From contig JBNPEB010000009.1 of NCBI GenBank assembly GCA_051117335.1, positions 138,058-202,057 of the forward strand: 64,000 nt of DNA, written 5' to 3'. Every line of letters starts with the position of its first letter. Position 1 is the first letter of the stretch. The notes beneath the pieces are model-generated. The model was not told the DNA's origin, did not search any database, and saw only the letters and a program-made list of their open reading frames with translations. Source of the stretch: Elainellaceae cyanobacterium (GTDB lineage Bacteria; Cyanobacteriota; Cyanobacteriia; CAZCXK01). Shown piece after piece: positions 1-9,737 of the stretch. The position numbers and the translations under genes were made by a program.

Positions 1-61
1 ACTTTTTTCTCGAATCCATTGCGATCGCCAGATTCTCATGAGATTTTAACTCTAACCTCAA

Positions 62-160
62 ATCTATAGCGACCCTAAATCGCTTGTGAATTGTGTGTGA
101 GCGGTGGGGCGGGCGTCGCCCGTCCCACCGCTCACAACCCATTTGGGATTGCTATATTCT
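62..160. repeat. Imperfect ~100-bp palindromic element, copy A (GC-rich core palindrome 97-135, TATAGC-type inverted termini)
   Basis: Core gtgagcggtggggcgggcg / cgcccgtcccaccgctcac is a 19-bp inverted repeat with 1 mismatch; flanks ctatagcg ... ttgctatat are inverted; same architecture at 50725-50830 and 59553-59665. Confidence 0.5.
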
Positions 161-274
161 GCTGGAGATTTATCAAAAATGGTAACGTAAAGTCAACGCC
201 TTCACTATGCCCGATAACTTCTGCGATAGTGAGGGGGTGTGGGTTTTATATTTAATTGTGACTATGGAAGAGCA

Positions 275-3200
275 ATGTCGTTGGTTCTGCGGATTCAGGT
301 ATTGGGCGAGCTCTTTATCACCTATGGCGATCGCCCATTAGCAGGCATCACAACAGCGCGATCGCAAGCCTTGCTAGCGTATCTACTTTTACACCGCCAT
401 ACTCCCCAACCGCGCCAGCGAATTGCCTTTGATTTATGGAGAGATTCGGTAGATGCCCAAGCTCGCTCAAACCTCCGCAAAGAGTTAAGCTATCTACGCC
501 GTGATTTGCCAGACGCCAACTCGTTTCTATTGGCCGAGACAAAGACGCTGCAATGGTCACCAACAGCTCCATTCATGCTTGATGTGCTTGACTTTGAGAA
601 CGCGGTCAACGCAGCAGAGCAAACAACTGATCTCAACCAGGCGCGATCGCTCCTTGAACGGGCAGTGCAGCTCTATCAGGGGGATCTATTGCCAAGCTGT
701 GAAGACGAGTGGATTGTCCCTGAACGAGAACGGCTGCGGCAGATGAGAGGCCGAACAGTCGAGCAATTGATTGACGTGCTGAAAACCCAGCAAGACTATC
801 GGACGGCGATCGGCTATGCCCAGCAACTATTGCGAATCGACTCTCTTAATGAATCAACCTACGCATCACTGATGCAGCTACATAGCCTGAGTGGCGATCG
901 CGCGAGTGCGCTTCAGGTTTACTACCAGTGTATGGCCACACTCCGCGACGAGTTAGGCATTGATCCCAGTTCGACAACCCGTGATCTTTACCAACGCATC
1001 TTAAGTGAAGATGAGCCGTCGGAAGAGTCTTCTATCATCTCGGTCTCCCCTAGATCTACTTCCTCTGCTCCCTATCATGATTGGGGAGACGCAATCGATG
1101 TTTCTGTCTTCTACGGGTGTGACACTGAGCGATCGATATTACACCAGTGGATTGTCCATAATGGCTGTCGGCTTGTTTTACTGTTGGGCATCGGTGGAAT
1201 CGGTAAGACGGCCTTGGCAGTTAAACTGGCGCAAGACGTGCAGGCAGAATTTGAGTGTGTGATTTGGCGATCGCTACGAAACGCGCCTCCCCTCGAAACG
1301 CTGCTGGCAGACCTCGTGCTCTTCCTCTCAAATCAGCAAGACACAACCGCAGATGTCGAGCGGTTCATCCATTGGCTGCGGATGCGGCGCTGTTTAGTGG
1401 TTTTAGATAACCTTGAAACCATCTTCCAAGCGGGCGATCGCGCCGGACAGTATCGCCCAAATTACGAAGCCTATGGTGAATTATTCAGAGCACTGGGCGA
1501 GTTACAGCACCAGAGCTGCGTGATCCTCACCAGCCGCGAAAAACCCGCTGAAATTGCAACCTTGGAAGGCGCAGCAGCCGTTCGTACGCTTCAGTTGAGC
1601 GGTTCATTAGACACGGCCATGGCATTGATTGAGTCAAGGAATTTATTTGGTTCTGAAGCAGATAAACAACTACTCGCAAGGCAGTATGGCTGCAACCCTC
1701 TAGCCCTCAAGATTGTAGCGAGCTCGATTCAAGATTTGTTTGATGGCGATATTGATCAGTTTTTGCAGCAAAACGCCATCTTCTTTAGCGGCACTCGGCA
1801 GTTGCTAGAGGAGCAGTTTGAGCGACTCTCAGCCTTAGAGCAAACCATCATGATTTGGTTGGCGATTAATCGAGAATGGACAGCGATCGCCGAGCTAGCA
1901 GACGACATCCTCTCCCCCGTTTCACGCGCCAGTTTATTGGAAGCACTGCAATCTTTAAGTTGGCGAAGTCTGATTGAGAAGCGATCGGGCTACTATACTC
2001 AACAGCCTGTGGTGATGGAATATGTGACCCATTGCCTGGTAGAGCAGATTACAGATGAACTGCTCACCAAACAATTAAATCGCTTCAACCAATATGCCTT
2101 GATTAAAACAACGGCCAACGACTACGTACGCGAGAGCCAAACTCGATTAATTCTGGCAGAAGTCGCTGGCAAGCTTCGTCATGCAATCGGTGATTCCGTT
2201 CGACTGGAACAGCAGCTTTGGGCAATTCTGGCGGTGCTTCATGCGGAAGCGTCTGCACGCTCCGATTATGCCGTCGGTAATCTGCTCAACCTTTGCTGCT
2301 ATTTGGAGATGAATTTAACAGGGTATGATTTTTCCAACTTAAAGATTCGCCATGCCTATCTCCGGAAAGCAAACTTGCATCATGTCAACTTGCAGAATTC
2401 AGATCTAACTCACTCCACGTTTTCTCAGATGCTTGGAGGGGTTTTGGCTGTCGCATTCAGTCCAAGTGGTCAGCTCTTAGCGACTGGAGATAATCGAGGT
2501 CAAGTGCAGGTGTGGCGAGTAGCAGACGGACAGCTTCTGTTAACCCTCGCCGATATTCCAACCAACATCTATTCTGTGGTTTGGAGTCCTGATGGGGAAA
2601 TCCTTGCGAGTGGAAGCGGCGATCATACGATTAAACTTTGGCCTGTTTCAACAGGCCAATGTCTCAAAACCCTACAGGGACATACCAACTGGATTTTGTC
2701 GTTAGCGTGGAGTCCTGATGGAAAGATCTTGGCGAGTGGTAGTCAGGATTCAACCGTAAGATACTGGGATACGTCTACGGGACAGTGCCTGAAACGCTTA
2801 AATCATGCAGGTGCAGCTTGGTGTGTTGCCTGGAGTCCAGATAGCCAAATCCTCGCCAGCGGAGGAACTGGAGGGACGATCAATCTTTGGGATACATCGG
2901 GTAGACCCTATTTAGAGAGTTTCTCAGGTCATCGTGATGTCGTTTGGGCGCTTGATTGGCATCCAGAGGGTCAAATTCTTGCGAGTAGTAGCTCCGATCA
3001 AAGCATCAAACTTTGGGATATTTCGCGTCTGAGCACACCGCGCAACTCTACGAAAGAGCGCTTGAGCAAAGAGTGCTTAAGAACCCTGAATGGTCATAGT
3101 AACTGGGTCTTGTCTGTTGCCTGGACACCCGATGGGCAATTCCTCGTGAGTGGTAGTGCCGATCACACCATCAGACTGTGGGATAAGCAGGATGGTCACT

Positions 3201-4435
3201 GTTTGAAAACCCTGCAAGGGCATAGTAATTGGGTGTGGTCGGTTGCATGCAGCCGTTTATCAAAGAAAGCCGCTTCAAATGACACAGCATCTCAAAAGTC
3301 ACTTGGATTGATCCTTGCCAGTGGGGCTGATGATGAAGCGGTAAAATTTTGGGATCTGCAAACAGGTCAATGCTTAAAAACATTGCAGGGATATCGAGAT
3401 TATGCCTGGTCTATCTCATGGCATCCAAAGGGGCAAATGCTTGCGAGTGGTGGAGCCAGCCAGGTTGTGCGGATTTGGGATACCCACACGGGGCAGTGCA
3501 TTCGAACGCTAGAGGGGCATGATGACTGGGTCTATGCTGTTGCCTACAGTCCAACCTATGAGGAATTCTCAGACGAATTTGATTCCTTACTTGCTAGTGG
3601 TTCCCGCAACTATACGGCGATAGTATGGACGGTGCCAATCTCGGAAACAGGCCAAGAGCACGGGACAGAACCGCCCAAAAGCGAGTGTTGGAAAACGATT
3701 AAAGGATATCAAAATGTGATCTGGTGTGTGGCTTGGAATCCCAATCGACCTCTGCTTGCCGTTGGTAGCATGGACGGTGCGATCCGGTTTTGGGCAACCG
3801 ACACTGGACAGTGTATTCAGACACTGGACGAGCATCGGGGTTGGGTCATGGATATAGACTGGAGCACAGATGGACACATCCTTGCAAGTAGCAGTCAAGA
3901 TAAAACCGTCAAACTCTGGAACAGTCAGACAGGACAATGTCTCAACACCTTAGAGGGGCACGAGCTGGATATCTGGGCTGTTGCTTGGAATCCACACCAG
4001 GCATTAGTTGCAAGTGGTTCATTTGATAAAACGGTGAAACTCTGGAACCCTGATAGCGGTGACTGCCTGCAAACTTTATGCGGACATGCTTCTGGAGTTC
4101 TCTCGATCGCCTGGAGTCCAGACGGCAACACTCTGGCCAGTGGTAGTTCTGACAATACGATTCGACTTTGGAGTGTGGAAACAGGAAGATGTCTCAGAAC
4201 CCTTGAGGGGCACCATAATTGGGTGATGTCTGTGTCTTTCGCTTCAACGGGTGATGTTTTGGCAAGCAGCAGTCAGGATGAAACGATTCGACTCTGGGAC
4301 TGGAAGACAGGTCAGTGTTTGAAGGTGCTGAGAGCCACTCGCCCGTATGAAGGCATGAACATTACCGGCGTCACGGGGTTAACTGAGGCTCAAAAATCGA
4401 CGCTCAGGGCATTAGGGGCGATCGAAGTCAGTTAG
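275..4435 (+). CDS. STAND-type signalling NTPase: N-terminal SARP/BTAD DNA-binding domain, central NB-ARC/AAA ATPase, C-terminal WD40 beta-propeller repeats (AfsR-like)
   Basis: ORF 239-4435; ATG at 275 (MSLVLRIQVLGEL) preceded by GGAAGAG; SARP-like N-terminus; Walker A GIGGIGKT (nt 1189-1212); Walker B CLVVLDNLE; about 14 WD40 repeats (GHxNWVxSVAWSPDGxxLASGSxDxTIKLWD) from nt ~2440 to 4300. Confidence 0.85.
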   Translation: MSLVLRIQVLGELFITYGDRPLAGITTARSQALLAYLLLHRHTPQPRQRIAFDLWRDSVDAQARSNLRKELSYLRRDLPDANSFLLAETKTLQWSPTAPFMLDVLDFENAVNAAEQTTDLNQARSLLERAVQLYQGDLLPSCEDEWIVPERERLRQMRGRTVEQLIDVLKTQQDYRTAIGYAQQLLRIDSLNESTYASLMQLHSLSGDRASALQVYYQCMATLRDELGIDPSSTTRDLYQRILSEDEPSEESSIISVSPRSTSSAPYHDWGDAIDVSVFYGCDTERSILHQWIVHNGCRLVLLLGIGGIGKTALAVKLAQDVQAEFECVIWRSLRNAPPLETLLADLVLFLSNQQDTTADVERFIHWLRMRRCLVVLDNLETIFQAGDRAGQYRPNYEAYGELFRALGELQHQSCVILTSREKPAEIATLEGAAAVRTLQLSGSLDTAMALIESRNLFGSEADKQLLARQYGCNPLALKIVASSIQDLFDGDIDQFLQQNAIFFSGTRQLLEEQFERLSALEQTIMIWLAINREWTAIAELADDILSPVSRASLLEALQSLSWRSLIEKRSGYYTQQPVVMEYVTHCLVEQITDELLTKQLNRFNQYALIKTTANDYVRESQTRLILAEVAGKLRHAIGDSVRLEQQLWAILAVLHAEASARSDYAVGNLLNLCCYLEMNLTGYDFSNLKIRHAYLRKANLHHVNLQNSDLTHSTFSQMLGGVLAVAFSPSGQLLATGDNRGQVQVWRVADGQLLLTLADIPTNIYSVVWSPDGEILASGSGDHTIKLWPVSTGQCLKTLQGHTNWILSLAWSPDGKILASGSQDSTVRYWDTSTGQCLKRLNHAGAAWCVAWSPDSQILASGGTGGTINLWDTSGRPYLESFSGHRDVVWALDWHPEGQILASSSSDQSIKLWDISRLSTPRNSTKERLSKECLRTLNGHSNWVLSVAWTPDGQFLVSGSADHTIRLWDKQDGHCLKTLQGHSNWVWSVACSRLSKKAASNDTASQKSLGLILASGADDEAVKFWDLQTGQCLKTLQGYRDYAWSISWHPKGQMLASGGASQVVRIWDTHTGQCIRTLEGHDDWVYAVAYSPTYEEFSDEFDSLLASGSRNYTAIVWTVPISETGQEHGTEPPKSECWKTIKGYQNVIWCVAWNPNRPLLAVGSMDGAIRFWATDTGQCIQTLDEHRGWVMDIDWSTDGHILASSSQDKTVKLWNSQTGQCLNTLEGHELDIWAVAWNPHQALVASGSFDKTVKLWNPDSGDCLQTLCGHASGVLSIAWSPDGNTLASGSSDNTIRLWSVETGRCLRTLEGHHNWVMSVSFASTGDVLASSSQDETIRLWDWKTGQCLKVLRATRPYEGMNITGVTGLTEAQKSTLRALGAIEVS

Positions 4436-5146
4436 CTTGATGGTATTTCTTAATAAATCCTGCTATTCAAGTAATCTAGCTTTTTCGCCTTTTCCTAACC
4501 TTAGTCAATCAAGAGTTGACGCCTTGGGAGCGCTTTGGGAGCGCTTTGGGATCACGTGGCTAGTTAGGCTAATACAAATTCTAGAAAGTTAGCTGTAGGG
4601 CAAAGCGTCTCCTGCCAATCAAATTGAGTTGGCTAATTATAGCTTCAGTCTCCTTATTCGTTAATCTAATATGACCCTACGGCTCAGGTTTGTGAGGTGA
4701 AGCTCAAATTAAATCTAACCGAGGATTTTATGGACTTTTATTTGATTGATAAATGACTCATTTTAAGCTGTCAAAATTGATCTAAAATCCCAAATAAAAA
4801 GGCTTATTAATTAATTTATAACAGCAAAACTGCCCGCCAAATTAAGGTTTGACGGGGAATTTGGCATGTGAATATTCGAGGAAAACTTGGCTTTTTTCAA
4901 ATAGATAAATCATAGGTTTTCATGTCAGAGAGTTCTCAAAAAAATTTCGAATCTTCTCGATTTCTTCTCGATCTATTTCTAATCTGATAATCAAGAATCA
5001 ATCAAATACAAATTGATGTCTATTCTTGGGATAAATCAGATGAAAGATTTCTGAAAGATAATCCAGACTCAATTTAGAGAATGGATAGTTTCAAATCTTT
5101 TAGCTCCCAATATTAGGTATCAGTTCATCATCACTGGAGGAAAATC

Positions 5147-5314
5147 ATGATTACGAAATTCTCGAACAACTCTGCGACAGGTGATTTAGGCTCCATGCCG
5201 AATCGTAACTTAATGGAGAAATTCTCTCAAGATTGTACAGCCCGTCCAAAATTAGTTGCGCAGTGGGAACGCTTTGATAACCGATTGGTGTGTCGCTGGA
5301 CCTTACCGAACTAA
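5147..5314 (+). CDS. Small ORF (55 aa), hypothetical; below the ORF-track length cut-off
   Basis: ATG at 5147 with GGAGG 8 nt upstream; translation MITKFSNNSATGDLGSMPNRNLMEKFSQDCTARPKLVAQWERFDNRLVCRWTLPN; stop TAA 5312-5314; 98 nt upstream of the next gene. Confidence 0.3.
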   Translation: MITKFSNNSATGDLGSMPNRNLMEKFSQDCTARPKLVAQWERFDNRLVCRWTLPN

Positions 5315-5412
5315 CAGCAAATCGTTAAAGATCAGCAGGCTAATATCAAAATCCCGGAAAATAGTGCACTTTGAATTGCACTTGCATACGCGCTAATTTG
5401 GAGAATTGTACG

Positions 5413-5715
5413 ATGACCACACAATATAAACGATTTCTTTCATTGGGGATTGGCTTTGGAGTGCTAGCATTCGCCTCTCAAACTCAAATACCCACGATGA
5501 TGGCGGATAACTCGGCTCAGCTCGTTTTGAATGGGTTGACGATGAATGGACTGTCAATGAATGGACTGTCAATGAATGGACAGGACGTTAATCGGTCTAC
5601 CAGCCTTCGTCCTGATTGGATTAACCCTGCCACAACTGAAGCAAGGCTAAACCATCAAATGGTTGAGTCTGTCAGTTTGAATGGTGGGCAGCTCACCTTT
5701 CAGTTATCCGACTAG
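5413..5715 (+). CDS. Small secreted protein with signal peptide and tandem NGL(T/S)M pentapeptide repeats
   Basis: ATG at 5413 (MTTQYKRFLSLGIGFGVLAFA); 15-bp tandem DNA repeat aatggactgtcaatg at 5530-5589 encodes NGLTMNGLSMNGLSMNG; ends at TAG 5713-5715, in frame with the downstream ORF. Confidence 0.45.
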   Translation: MTTQYKRFLSLGIGFGVLAFASQTQIPTMMADNSAQLVLNGLTMNGLSMNGLSMNGQDVNRSTSLRPDWINPATTEARLNHQMVESVSLNGGQLTFQLSD

Positions 5716-5724
5716 TACGGTGAG

Positions 5725-6597
5725 GTGTGGGTGATGAACCGCTGTTGTTGGAACCTTATCTTTGCATTCGCTGGCGGAACAGCGCTTGGCTTGACTGCTC
5801 TGCTCGCAGGCTGGTTCAAAGGAACGGAAGTCACCAGCGACCTAACCAGGGGCGATCGCCCTAGTTCACAATCCCTCAAATCATCATCTGTTTTGCAAGG
5901 AGAGGCACTCATCGGAGCAACACTCACTAGCTTTGATGATCAGGGGCGATCGCTCACTCTCAAAATCGACGAGGTACACCCTGACCCCGAAGACATCGAC
6001 CGGGAGATCTATCTTTACACCGTTCTCTATCGGGGTAACGATAAGCAGTGGTACAACCTGTGTCAGCCTGATCGAGACGGTGTTGCACAAGCCATTCCCC
6101 TAACTGGACGGTGGGATGAGACAGGCGCGCACATCGATGATGGTAGCATTACGTTTGCCTGTACGAACGGTGCCCTCGCCAAGTGCGTGCGGTGGGGCTA
6201 CAAGCCCTGGGAAACGGTCAATGGCGAGTCACTTCGCACCTATCACCAGGCATGTACTCGCATGGTGCGAGCTGACTATTGCGGTAACGGCATTGGGCAT
6301 ACCCAGGATGGGACGTCGATTGATGTGTATGACCGACTCGGCATTCAGCTCCCTGTTGATGATGACGGCATGACCTTTGAAGCAGCATGGGATGCGGATG
6401 GTGCAGTATTTCTAAATCGCACGCGCTTTCCGGCGATCGCCCAACTCCGCGAGGAATGTCCTGAAAAATTAGCACAGATGCTTTACTTGCAGGAATCAGA
6501 CTCTCTAGACCCAGACTCTCTAGACATAGACTTTCTATCATCTATTCCCGACGCACTGCTATTCAACGACTCCTTCGTTCAAACAGGCACATTCTAA
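5725..6597 (+). CDS. ADYC-motif domain protein with N-terminal hydrophobic anchor
   Basis: Literal ADYCGNG motif (RMVRADYCGNGIGHTQDG); hydrophobic N-terminus LIFAFAGGTALGLTALLAGWF; GTG 5725 or ATG 5734 start; C-terminal 15-bp tandem repeat (DSLDPDSLD) at ~6497-6540. Confidence 0.55.
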   Translation: MWVMNRCCWNLIFAFAGGTALGLTALLAGWFKGTEVTSDLTRGDRPSSQSLKSSSVLQGEALIGATLTSFDDQGRSLTLKIDEVHPDPEDIDREIYLYTVLYRGNDKQWYNLCQPDRDGVAQAIPLTGRWDETGAHIDDGSITFACTNGALAKCVRWGYKPWETVNGESLRTYHQACTRMVRADYCGNGIGHTQDGTSIDVYDRLGIQLPVDDDGMTFEAAWDADGAVFLNRTRFPAIAQLREECPEKLAQMLYLQESDSLDPDSLDIDFLSSIPDALLFNDSFVQTGTF

Positions 6598-6750
6598 GTT
6601 TTAGATCTCTGCATCCTCCTCAAACATGAGCAACGAATTCGCCTGTTGCTGCCTGGTCTTTCATATCCAAATTTATTTTGGCTGATGCGGCGCTCCTTCG
6701 TTAGCACGCGCGGCCAGCAGTTAGCAGTATTAAAAATTGGAGGTTATCTT

Positions 6751-8238
6751 ATGGCTCGTCAACGATGGGCATCACGGCAAATCTTTGTGTTGGCTGCAAT
6801 CGGTTCAGCGGTCGGCTTGGGGAACGTGTGGCGATTTCCCTACTTAGCTGGCAAATATGGCGGAGGCGCTTTTCTAGTTCCCTATCTATTGGCATTCATT
6901 CTACTGGGCGTGCCGCTGTTGATTCTGGAAATCGCGATTGGTCAAAAAATGCAGCAGGGAGCCATTCACTCATTTCGCAAGCTGCATCCTGCCTTTGGCG
7001 GCATTGGATTAATGGCGATCGCCTCTTGCCTCTTCGTGGGATCTTACTATGCCGTTGTCATCGCCTGGTGTTTGATTTACCTGGTCAAGTCCTTTAGCAT
7101 TCCTTGGGCAGGAGGAGCAGAAGTATACTTCTTTCAAGATATCTTGCAGATTAACGAACATGTACAGCTTTTCGATCGCGTGAATCCTCCTATCCTTTTG
7201 GCTCTTGCCGCCGTCTGGATTGCGATTTACTTCTGCATCTGGAAAGGAACCCAAAGTGTTAGCAAAGTTGTTTTCTATAGTGTCCCGATTCCGGTCGTCA
7301 TTCTTGGCATTTTGCTAGTTCGAGCTGTTACATTGCCCGGTTTCTGGCAAGGGTGGCAGCTTTATTTGACACCGATCTGGAGTGTATTGGTAGCTCCTGA
7401 TGTCTGGACTGCCGCCTGCACTCAGATTTTCTTCACTCTGTCGGTCGGCTTTGGCGCCATGCTCACCTACGGCAGCTACAAAGACGAACAGGAAGATATC
7501 GTCAAAGATGCTTGGATAGCGGCTCTCATTAACAGTGGCACTAGTTTGTTTGCAGGCTTCGTAGTGTTTGCTGTGTTGGGACATATGGCTTGGATCGCCG
7601 ACACGCCTGTGTCAGACCTGGCTGCATCGGGTCCCGGATTGGCGTTTGTGGTCTTTCCCGAAGCGCTTAGCCTCATGCCTCTATCAGGACTGTTTAGCGC
7701 TCTGTTTTTCTTGATGCTGGTATCTCTGGGGATTGATAGCGCTTTTTCGATTGTGGAGCCAATCATCGCAGTTGTGCGCGATCGCCATCCCCAACTCTCA
7801 ATCTCCCATGTAGCAGCCTGGATTTGTCTACTACTGTTTGGCATCGGAGTCCTGTTTACAACCCGGTCTGGTCTTTACTTCCTCGACATTGTGGATCACT
7901 TTGTTACCCATTACGATATAGCGCTTGTGGGTATTGGGCAGGCTCTCCTAGCAGGCTGGGTGGTTGGAGCTGAATCGTTGCGCCGCTATATCAATCAAAT
8001 CAGCGATTGGACGGTTGGACGTTGGTGGAACATCTCAGTTCGCTGGATTGTGCCAGGTACTCTGACGATCTTGCTTGCGACTCAGCTTTCGACCGATTTG
8101 AAAACACCCTATGAAAACTATCCAGCCTGGGCATTGGCGATCGGGTGGGCAACGGTTGTGATTCCTATCCTGCTGTTTGGCTGGATGCTTGCACGCCGAC
8201 AGAAGCGCGAGTTGTCTGCGCCCCTCCACGAGGATTAA
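6751..8238 (+). CDS. Sodium-dependent transporter, neurotransmitter:sodium symporter (NSS/SNF) family
   Basis: ATG 6751 preceded by GGAGG; hallmark motif GNVWRFPYLAGKYGGGAFLVPY near the N-terminus; multi-TM throughout. Confidence 0.85.
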   Translation: MARQRWASRQIFVLAAIGSAVGLGNVWRFPYLAGKYGGGAFLVPYLLAFILLGVPLLILEIAIGQKMQQGAIHSFRKLHPAFGGIGLMAIASCLFVGSYYAVVIAWCLIYLVKSFSIPWAGGAEVYFFQDILQINEHVQLFDRVNPPILLALAAVWIAIYFCIWKGTQSVSKVVFYSVPIPVVILGILLVRAVTLPGFWQGWQLYLTPIWSVLVAPDVWTAACTQIFFTLSVGFGAMLTYGSYKDEQEDIVKDAWIAALINSGTSLFAGFVVFAVLGHMAWIADTPVSDLAASGPGLAFVVFPEALSLMPLSGLFSALFFLMLVSLGIDSAFSIVEPIIAVVRDRHPQLSISHVAAWICLLLFGIGVLFTTRSGLYFLDIVDHFVTHYDIALVGIGQALLAGWVVGAESLRRYINQISDWTVGRWWNISVRWIVPGTLTILLATQLSTDLKTPYENYPAWALAIGWATVVIPILLFGWMLARRQKRELSAPLHED

Positions 8239-8343
8239 ATATCTCTCTACTTCGGCTCTATTTCGGCTCTATCTCAAAACACGTCAGAGTGCATCGTACC
8301 CATAACCATTATTTACCTACATTCACCTAAGGAGAACTCAATC

Positions 8344-9660
8344 ATGGCAACGGTTACTATTCCTAGCGGACAACTTGAAGAGACACCGATCACCCTGGCT
8401 GATCCAGGTGACTCCTTGATTGTTGAAGGGCAAGTGATTGCAAATCCGGCAGTCATTGTCCAAGGAGATTTGAATCATATCTTTGTTCAGCAAGGTGGAT
8501 CACTTGAAAGTGAAAATGCCACCGTTCAGATTGAGGGCACCAATGCCTCGGTCGTCAACAATGGGGTGATTGATGGTGCTGTCATTGATGTTGTGAATGG
8601 AGGCCAAGCCTCAGCCGTCATTTTGAATTCGGGCACCATTATTACTCGGCAACGAGCCATCAACATGGGAGGGGCATCAACGGCTGTCGTGAACAACGGC
8701 AGGATTGTCCTTCGCGATGATCCCAGTGATGGCACTATCTATTCAGATGCAACAGCCAAGAGCTTTTCCATCGAGAATCAGGCGAGCGGATTGATTGATG
8801 TTGGGCAAGGCAACAACGGTGATGCTATTTCTTTAGAACTGGGTGAGATTGTGGACGGTTCGGTCGCCAACCAAGGGGAGATCTATGGGCGGGGAGGAGC
8901 CAACTTACCCCATGCGGCTGCGATCCGCCTCTACAAAGGAGCCAATATCGAGGGAACCTCAACGTTCAACGGCAGCATTTCAAACACAGGTCTGTTGTCG
9001 GCTGAGACCAATGCGGCTGTTTTGATTGACGAAGGAGTTTTTCTCAGCGGTGCGATAACCAACAATGGAGTGATTGAGGGTGGCGTGTACAAAGCCAATG
9101 GAGCCAAGCTTGCCATCGATGGCCGTCAAGCCGAAGACAGCCTGACTGTCGTCAACAATGGCACCATCAATGGCGATGTGCTGTTGACCGGGGGCGATGA
9201 TGTCTACCGCAGCCGTACCGGAAACATTGATGGCATGGTTGTTGGTGGGGGCGGCGATGACCTGCTCATTGGCTGCACCCGTGGTGAAACTCTCAAGGCC
9301 GGTAGCGGCAATGATCGCGTCAAAGCAGGCAGTGGGGATGACGAGATTTTCGGGCAGCGAGGGGATGACGTTATTGATGCCGGTCGTGGAGATGATGTCA
9401 TCGATGCAGGCAAGGGCAACAATGTGGTCTACGGCCGACAAGGCGCGGATGTGTTCCGCTTGTCAAAAGGCAAGGGAGTCACCGTAATCGAGGACTTCAA
9501 GATCAGACAGGGTGACGTGCTTGATGTGAAGCGAGGTGCAATCAACCGCGTTGAGTTTTCTCAGGTCGGGCGAGATACCCTTGTCAGCATTGGTAGGGAT
9601 GACCTCGCGATTTTGAGTGGAGTGAATGCAAATAGCCTTTCGGATAATGTGCTGGTTTAG
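8344..9660 (+). CDS. Secreted calcium-binding protein with RTX (hemolysin-type) nonapeptide repeats
   Basis: ATG 8344 with AAGGAGA RBS; N-terminal beta-helix-like G/N/V-rich repeats; C-terminal GGxGxDxL-type repeats (GGGGDDLLIG, GSGNDRVKAGSGDDEIFGQRGDDVIDAGRGDDVIDAGKGNN). Confidence 0.75.
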   Translation: MATVTIPSGQLEETPITLADPGDSLIVEGQVIANPAVIVQGDLNHIFVQQGGSLESENATVQIEGTNASVVNNGVIDGAVIDVVNGGQASAVILNSGTIITRQRAINMGGASTAVVNNGRIVLRDDPSDGTIYSDATAKSFSIENQASGLIDVGQGNNGDAISLELGEIVDGSVANQGEIYGRGGANLPHAAAIRLYKGANIEGTSTFNGSISNTGLLSAETNAAVLIDEGVFLSGAITNNGVIEGGVYKANGAKLAIDGRQAEDSLTVVNNGTINGDVLLTGGDDVYRSRTGNIDGMVVGGGGDDLLIGCTRGETLKAGSGNDRVKAGSGDDEIFGQRGDDVIDAGRGDDVIDAGKGNNVVYGRQGADVFRLSKGKGVTVIEDFKIRQGDVLDVKRGAINRVEFSQVGRDTLVSIGRDDLAILSGVNANSLSDNVLV

Positions 9661-9737
9661 CCAGTAGCTGTCAGAGAGTAAGCAACCATCTACTTCTAAC
9701 CATTTACTTCTAACCATTCATTACCAGGAGAATTCTC

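Noticed and set aside
1-30. TCGAATCC near the window start as a possible tRNA 3' end
   Set aside because: The preceding bases cannot form a T-stem; too little sequence to support an RNA gene
348-4155. Several 70-116-aa ORFs antisense or out of frame inside the STAND gene (e.g. 348-572, 3587-3937, 3925-4155)
   Set aside because: They lie wholly within a long, well-supported CDS and have no recognisable motifs or RBS; typical spurious ORFs
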